From Octopus vulgaris (lineage: Eukaryota), in NCBI GenBank assembly GCA_951406725.2, contig OX597820.1:38378001-38442000 (forward strand): 64,000 bases of DNA, read 5' to 3'. Shown here in pieces: positions 56,951 to 64,000 of the stretch (within the stretch, counting starts at the first letter, position 1; each line of letters starts with the position of its first letter). The translations under genes and the position numbers were made by a program. Below the pieces are notes generated by a model that did no database searches, was not told where the DNA came from, and was given only the letters and a program-made list of their open reading frames with translations.

Positions 56951-57287
56951 AAATATTTTGCGTAACATGCGGTACTATGTTTCTAAATGCTATGAATAAC
57001 AAAGACGTAATTCTCTCTTTTACTATAAGAATATCATTTTTACACACATATAACATATAACTCCTAAAAATAAAATGCACTCCTAAAATATTTCTTGACA
57101 TATCACACATCCCTAGTATACATACATAATACAGGAAAATTTACTGAAAATACTAAATATAAACAATATATATATCAGTAGCTATAAAACACTACGATTA
57201 TATATATATATACTTCTTTAACCTATTAATCTAGATATTTGTACACACAACCACATACAAGTGTGCAAACGCGACGCAAACAAGCAA

Positions 57288-57324
<37 letters not shown>

Positions 57325-57327
<3 letters not shown>

Positions 57328-58430
57328 GCTGGTGTACCCGGTAATTCCCGGGAGTAAAGATGTTCTATTGAAACGCCTTATTACTCTAATATAAGAAAAT
57401 TTCGTTGTAACTGCCACAAAAGTACCAAAAAGTACGAAAATGTACAAAAAAACTGTCAGCTAGAGGAAGGTGACATTGTTGGCGTTAGAGGTTTTCGGAG
57501 GTTGGCGAGAAAGAGGTTGTCGGAATTTGGCGAGAGGCAAAGACATTGGGAAATGTGTATGTGTAACTGCTGTCATTCACAGAAAAACTATTGTTTTACC
57601 GTGAGAAAAGCGCCGTTGAAATATTAAGTGAAATTTGGCAATCGAGGATTAAATCCACGTTATGCTTGCATGAAGCAACTACAAATACATTGTGGAATAA
57701 AAAATTTATTTACAGTCATGGAAAAAGTGTAACTGTAAAAATGCAGAATTATTGAAGTAATGGGTATTCAAAAATGATGTATGTATAGAAATGCATGAAT
57801 GAAGTCTCTAATGTTTAATATTCAAATTAAGGAAGTATAATAATAATGTTTAGCAGTTCAAAACTGTGACTAGTGAAATGCAGAATTAGGTTGGCTGATC
57901 GTGAGAATCAAATAATAATTGATTCGCTAAAATCTGCAGGTGGTGTGGGTTATTTCCCTCGGGTTGTTTAAATAAAATATTAGTAATATGTAGTAGATAG
58001 ATGGATCCATTGGGCCATATTATCGATTTTTTCAACTATCTAAGTATGTCACGAGGTTTCCAGACATGAATTCTACTCACATGTCCAGTAAAGTGTAAAG
58101 GTGATATTGCCTACAAAAATTAGAAAGAGGACACAAAAAAATCAACATCCAAAGTAATCGTACAGAAACAACGAATGGGTTATTTAACTTGAGTGTTTAA
58201 AAAATATTGTAAAGGTGCTATGGGTTATTTCCCTTGGGTGTTTAAAAAATTAGTTATATGAGGTCGATATAAAGGTCTCTTCCAGTGGTCGTATTATCGA
58301 TTGTTTCAACAATCTATGTATGTCGCGAGGTTTCCAGACTTGAGTTCTCTTCACATGTCAAGTTTCATAAAAATCAATAAAACGATGTAGGAAGAGTTAG
58401 CTAACAACGCAACAAACACACCGATTTTAG

Positions 58431-58475
<45 letters not shown>
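57325..58475 (-). mobile_element. Probable non-autonomous Helitron-like element
   Basis: Hairpin cccggtaattcccggg beside a CTAG-like end (CTAC) at 57325; TC(TA)n start near 58475; internal diverged duplication ~57945-58090 / ~58220-58360. Confidence 0.5.
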
Positions 58476-58477
<2 letters not shown>

Positions 58478-58515
58478 ATAATGCATGTGTTAATATGTAG
58501 GTATGTATATATATA

Positions 58516-58599
<84 letters not shown>

Positions 58600-58643
58600 T
58601 ACATATATATTTATAATAAGTGTATATCGTATACGAGTGGGTG

Positions 58644-58861
58644 TATATTTGTAAAAAGAAGTTCGAAACGCCACTATATTAGATAAATTTTAATTTTCTT
58701 AGAAATTTTACATGTTTCGGTTCTTTAAAAATCCACAATTATGAACTTTTTATTACACTTAAAATATTTTTGATAAGATTCGTTTTTTCAAGAACCGAAA
58801 CTAAACTTTCTAAGAAAATTAAAATTTATCTAATATAGTGGCGTTTTCAAACTTCTTTTTT

Positions 58862-58870
<9 letters not shown>
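58644..58870. repeat. ~85-bp inverted repeat (hairpin) between (TA)n tracts
   Basis: Arm core aaacgccactatattagataaattttaattttcttagaaa is perfectly mirrored by tttctaagaaaattaaaatttatctaatatagtggcgttt. Confidence 0.85.
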
Positions 58871-58937
<67 letters not shown>

Positions 58938-59522
58938 GTATGTATATATATAATATATATATATTCATATATATATATATATATTCATATACATTAATGC
59001 TTTCTCTGTGTGTGTATGCGTGTACGGTTGCTGTACCATGTCTACATATCTGTATGGGAAATACATAATTATGTACGCATTTATAAACACATTTGCATCA
59101 CCCTCATTTACAGAGAAATATTACAATGTAGCACGAGTAAAGTAGTGGTTTGCATTGTTTACTGTTTAGAAGTAGCACGACATGACGTTATTTATCTTGA
59201 AGATAATTACGTCTGTTTGATCTAAATTTGTAAATGTACGTTTGCTTTTAATGTACGTAGTTGCTCGATAGCGAATTTCCCAGTTTCTAAAATTTCTTTA
59301 TACAAATCACACATGTTTCTTTAGCGTTTATGTTGATCGTTCGGTTTACATGAAGGTACAACTAAGCCAACAATATTTGGTTCGCCTGGAGAGAAGGAAT
59401 GCTTGTATTACATTCGTTATGCACGTGAAAATTAATGTGGCACGTGCTGATATTAACCCTGCGCGCTTAAGCGAAGCAGGGTTACTGGAGACCCTCTTCT
59501 TTGTCTGTTTATCTATTTTCTT

Positions 59523-60279
59523 CGTAAAATTACTGGAGAAGGCTGAATGTAGTAAAGAGACTCTCTTTATTACAAAATACAGGCCCTTTCTGAACGCGTC
59601 TACGATAAACGACCTTAGAATAACACTTCGGCCTTAGAATAACACAAATACACACGCAAATATTAAAAATAATACACTCAAGAGATTCCCAAGAATTCAT
59701 TAAAAAACAATCCCAATCACTGCTAAAATCAATAAGGTGCCAAGTTTAAGTCATTTAAACATTTAACGTATTGCTACTGTCACACTACCTAAATATAAAC
59801 CATCCGATCTTCTGATTACCTCATTTCTTCTAATATATAGTACCTGTACATCATCTCCAAACCTTCCAATATATATATATATATATGAATAAAAAATGGA
59901 GTTAACGCAGGTTTAAACAAGTATTTTTACTTTCTACATATGCTTTGAAAATTCCACTCATACTATTCAAAAGAATAAATGGTATAAACAATGCAATCTT
60001 CTCTTCGGGAAAGTGAAAAAACGAAACTCGTCAATACGACATTTTAGCAAAAAATGATGGATTTGTATAGCGTAAAATTACTGGAGAAGGCTGAATGTAG
60101 TAAAGAGACTCTCTTTATTACAAAATACAGGCCCTTTCTGAACGCGTCTACGACAAACGACCTTAGGTTAACACTTCGGCCTTAGAATAACACAAATACA
60201 CACGCAAATATTAGAAATAATACACTCAAGAGATTCCCAAGAATTCATTAAAAAACAATCCCAATCACTGCTAAAATCA
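59523..60279 (+). repeat. 209-bp direct repeat (59523-59731 and 60071-60279)
   Basis: cgtaaaattactggagaagg...cactgctaaaatca; about four substitutions seen. Confidence 0.9.
59929..60014 (-). ncRNA. Degenerate hammerhead-like motif (family H4)
   Basis: acuuuc-CCGAAGA-GAAGAUU...AAUUUUC-AAAG-CAUAUG-UA-gaaagu: stem I perfect and stem III palindromic, but both core boxes are mutated. Confidence 0.4.
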
Positions 60280-60351
60280 GTAATTTTTGCTGCCCTGGTA
60301 ACTATTTATTTATTTTTCCGTGTTAATTGTTAACAAGGTACAATACACTCA

Positions 60352-60398
<47 letters not shown>

Positions 60399-60491
60399 TT
60401 GGAAATGGATGTGAGGTGTTCAGTCATATAATAATATAAGTAAAAAAATATATATGCATATATACATACACATGTATATACTAACGTATAA

Positions 60492-60535
<44 letters not shown>

Positions 60536-61271
60536 GCATATATGCATATATATTTTATTTATATTATTATATGATTGAACACCATACATCCATTTCCAAG
60601 TAAGTTTATCTTAATAATTTTGATGCAACTCTACCCTGTACTGTTTTCTCTCTCCCGCTTTCGTTTTCTCTCAATCATCCTTTCTCTAATTCTTTTATTC
60701 TCCCCTTCACCGTTTTTATCTGTGTGTTTGTCTGTCTCTGTTCCTCTTCCTCCTTTACTCTCTCTCGTTGATCACAAGTGACCACCGTCCATCTTTCTTT
60801 TCCTCACGTGATCATATTTCTTTTCCTTCAGTCTGTGGCGCAGACTAGACGCATTCTTATCTGTATCCTCTCCTCTATCTTTTCTCATATCAAAGAATAT
60901 TCCTCCAGCATTCACTGCCTTACCTCGTCTGGCTTAACGGCCCTCCATTTTTGTTGTGTTTTGGTTTGTTGTATTTCTCCACTGTCTTGTTTTGTTACCA
61001 ACTTTAACCCTCCACAAATCCCAATTGAAGCTTCATATTGTCGTTAGTTGCTCGAGATGTGGAGTAGATGAACAGTCGACAACTGATCAAAGGTCATTCT
61101 ATATTTTACTTCTCTTATTTTCTATTTGTTTCTCTCATTTCATGTTGTTTTCGTACTTGCTGTTGTTTATGTTTTGTGACGTCATGTAGCCATATATATA
61201 TATATGTATATATATATACATATATGTAAGTATGTACATATATGTATGTATATAAGCATATATATATATAT

Positions 61272-61353
61272 ATTTGAACTCGGAACGTAATGATGGACGA
61301 AATGCCGCTAAGCATTGCACACAGCATGATAACAATTCTACCAGATCGCCGCC
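61272..61353 (-). mobile_element. SINE family A head fragment
   Basis: atttgaactcggaacgtaa...gaaatgccgctaagcatt...ccagatcgccgcc. Confidence 0.7.
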
Positions 61354-61420
61354 TTATAAATAATAGAGTGAAAGAAAGTGAATCATAAATACATACATAC
61401 ATGCATATATATATATATAT

Positions 61421-61648
61421 ATAATAATAAATATTAGGGAATAAATCCAAATTTACAGGGAAAAAATCAGATTTAGGATTAAATCCAATTTTATAGTAAA
61501 ATATTATATAATATTAATTAGAGACAAAACCACTATTTTGCAAAACAAACAAGGGAAGACTTAATCAATACATAAAATTTTAATAAAAAGTAAAAAAACC
61601 GCCACTACAATTGTTTCATGTCTTCAATGACAATCTTCAGGTGGATTT

Positions 61649-61652
<4 letters not shown>
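61421..61652 (-). mobile_element. Solo 3' end of the same PLE family as 27991-32622
   Basis: Reverse complement aligns to 32395-32622 including the tail; (TA)n on both sides. Confidence 0.85.
61602..61644 (-). ncRNA. Type I hammerhead ribozyme (family H1)
   Basis: ccac-CUGAAGA-u-uguc auugaa gaca-u-GAAA-CAAUUG-UA-gugg; same stems as the copy at 32403, different loop II. Confidence 0.78.
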
Positions 61653-61682
<30 letters not shown>

Positions 61683-62779
61683 CATACATACATACATGCA
61701 TGCAGAAATGCATATATATATATATATTTATATATATATAGACACATATATACATGTAGCGTCACTCTAGCCACATTCTAGTAGTTACAAACATACAATG
61801 ACCTTTAAGCTACTATATTATGCAACGTAGTGTATCAGCTGAACACCTTCTCGTGGGAAGAAGTGTCCCATGTCTTATCTTTAAAGAAATTCGAAACAGT
61901 TTAGGAAAATGTTCAAGATGATACGACATTTTGGCAAAGACGAAACGTGCAATTTTACAATTTCACAAATATATATGGCCAAAATCTGAAATTCCTTGCG
62001 GTTGGGAGAAGGGAAATTGACCTGAAACCCTATACGTAAAACCATATTGTCACTAGAAGATTGACTTCAAAGAAGGCACTCGAATTCCTCGTTTCGATGT
62101 TTCTTTGGACAATTGTTTATGTCTTCCAACCAAGATAGGAAACAACGCTTCGCTTCAGTTTTAGTTCATCAAACTTCACCGATGCATCTTTGATCGTCCG
62201 AGCTGTCTATGCAGCTGCAAAGAAAAATCGACCTGTTATCCACTCATTCAATATATACTGTGCTAGAGAGAAGATATTCAGAACACGAAAGCAAAGCTAC
62301 AATAGAAATAAACAACATTCATAATGTATATTCTATGAGGCAACTATGCGTAAATTTCGCGCTTTCGTAGGATTACTATTCAAATTCTCGAAGCAGAAAA
62401 TTTAATTGATAAAGTCGTCCGAGTGGTGCTAATTATTTGTCTGCGAAACGAGATTTAATGAAATATATTCTCGAAAAGATTTTAGTCATTTATTTCTCGA
62501 AGTAAATTTCCGGTCAAAAAGCTTTTGTTTGCTGCAATGAGTTCAGTCAGTATTATAAGTAAAACATTGTTATTTTATAGTAGGAAGAAAATCAATGTTT
62601 ATTATGATCTTGACTGATCATGCGATTTATGCTCGAATTAAGATTGTATTTGCTCAACGTTAATCACGCCCTCTAGTTAAAAATGAAGGACAAATTATTT
62701 CTCTAGGTGTGGTGTTATATGCTTTATTTTAGAAGAAAAGACAACTATCCAAATAAGATATCCAACTTTGAATGTTATC

Positions 62780-64000
62780 TGACTTGAAATTTTGCAAAAC
62801 TCATTTTCAGTGACACCTTCTAGAGCTCTTTGTAGGCCGTGATTTCCACAGAGCTCCCAATGGATAATTCTTGCCACACTGTCATGGAAACTTTAGTATT
62901 CGCATTGTGCCAATTTTTGGTATTCGCCAACGATGTACCATACCGTTTCACCCCTCTCACAGCACATTCTTCATTTGTCGCTATCGAAAGTGTTGCTTAT
63001 TCTGCACTTCATGTAGTGCCTTCTCCTGTTACTCAAAGAGACAATACTCTCCTTAGAAGGCGAGCTGTTCCCAAAAATGCTGTCATTTGGATCACCTCGA
63101 GAAGCACGAATATTCTTAATATGTTTTTCAAAGCCCTTGGAAATTGCTCCCAATGATCCAGTTACCGCCGATATCACTATTACTTTCCTCGTGCACCATA
63201 ACTTTCCTATCTCGTCCCGCAGTCGCTGGTAATTCTCAATCCTTTCTGTTTCATTACATTTCACCCCCGAATCGCCTGATGTTGCAACATCTATTATCGT
63301 TACTTCTTTTTCATCTCTATGGGTAAGCACCATATCTGATCGTCTCGCCTCTATGACTTGGTCGAACTACATGTTAAAATCCCATAGTATTTTGTAATAT
63401 CCGTCTCCAATAACACCCTCTGGCATGTGTTCATACTATTGTTCGGCTCTCTCGAGGTTTGCTTTACTGCAAAACAGCCTGTGGATATCTCTGGTCATAT
63501 TGTCCTGTCTCCTTTTATATTCACGTCGTGCAAACATAGAGCACTTACTGACAATATGGCTTATACTTTCTCCCTTATGAGAGTACATTCCTCATAGCGA
63601 GTCAGTGGTTTTATCAATGTGATATTTGGAGTAGCTTGTTCTGAGAGCTTGTTCTTGAGCACTGCACACTAATGCTTCAGTGGGCCCTTTTAAGTCTTCT
63701 TTCTGCTGTCATTGCAATCAATTTATACAAACCAATCGCATCTTTATTCTTTAAAAACTGATTTTGAATTTTCTTATCCTGCCAAATTTTCTTCATCTGC
63801 TCTCACTGGTCTTTCTTAAATCGTATTGGATCTACGGCTTCGTTCACTTTTAAGTTTCCCACATTTTCACTGTTTTAATTATTTCTTCTTTACTCCCTTT
63901 GACATACCAAGCCAGGCTATTCTCCTATTCCTTTACCCAACCTCCACAACACACTAATCCCCGTCCTCCTCCCCTCCTCTTTACATACATTCATGACACA
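62780..64000 (-). pseudogene. R4/Dong-like RLE non-LTR retrotransposon remnants (one long piece plus a second fragment at ~62780-63020)
   Basis: Minus strand: MYVKR..GGRG, SAQEQALRT, ESISHIVSKC, ILWDFNM, RRSDMVL...IIDVAT...ENYQRLRDEIGKLW...GSLGAI; then again RMCCERGETVWYIV...VARIIHWELC. Confidence 0.8.

Noticed and set aside
61040-61100. Permuted hammerhead-like motif (cgagat...gta...ctgatca)
   Set aside because: Both core boxes are mismatched and the stems are not convincing.

Overview
AT-rich eukaryotic DNA, dense in repeats and microsatellites, with no host protein-coding gene that I can support. The SINE families and the (TA)n/(CA)n/(TATC)n density suggest an octopus or other cephalopod (inference). 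Most ORFs in the track are microsatellite artefacts. The window holds: two tRNA-derived SINE families in many copies; decayed Tc1/mariner elements and MITEs; an internally deleted Helitron with a PIF1-like helicase (10436-13856); R4/Dong-like and RTE LINE remnants; and a young 5'-truncated Penelope-like element (PLE, 27991-32622) with RT and GIY-YIG domains and a ~750 bp inverted pseudo-LTR. The most interesting signal is non-coding. At least eight hammerhead-ribozyme (HHR) motifs from about four sequence families lie in the PLE and in short ORF-less elements, most of them bounded by (TA)n tracts. One family carries a repeated non-canonical CUGU-N-GA core. A second oddity is a pair of oppositely oriented 34-bp minisatellite arrays (44165-45440) whose unit appears to derive from a SINE segment. 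All calls come from reading by eye; no searches or folding were run, and the boundaries of decayed elements are approximate.
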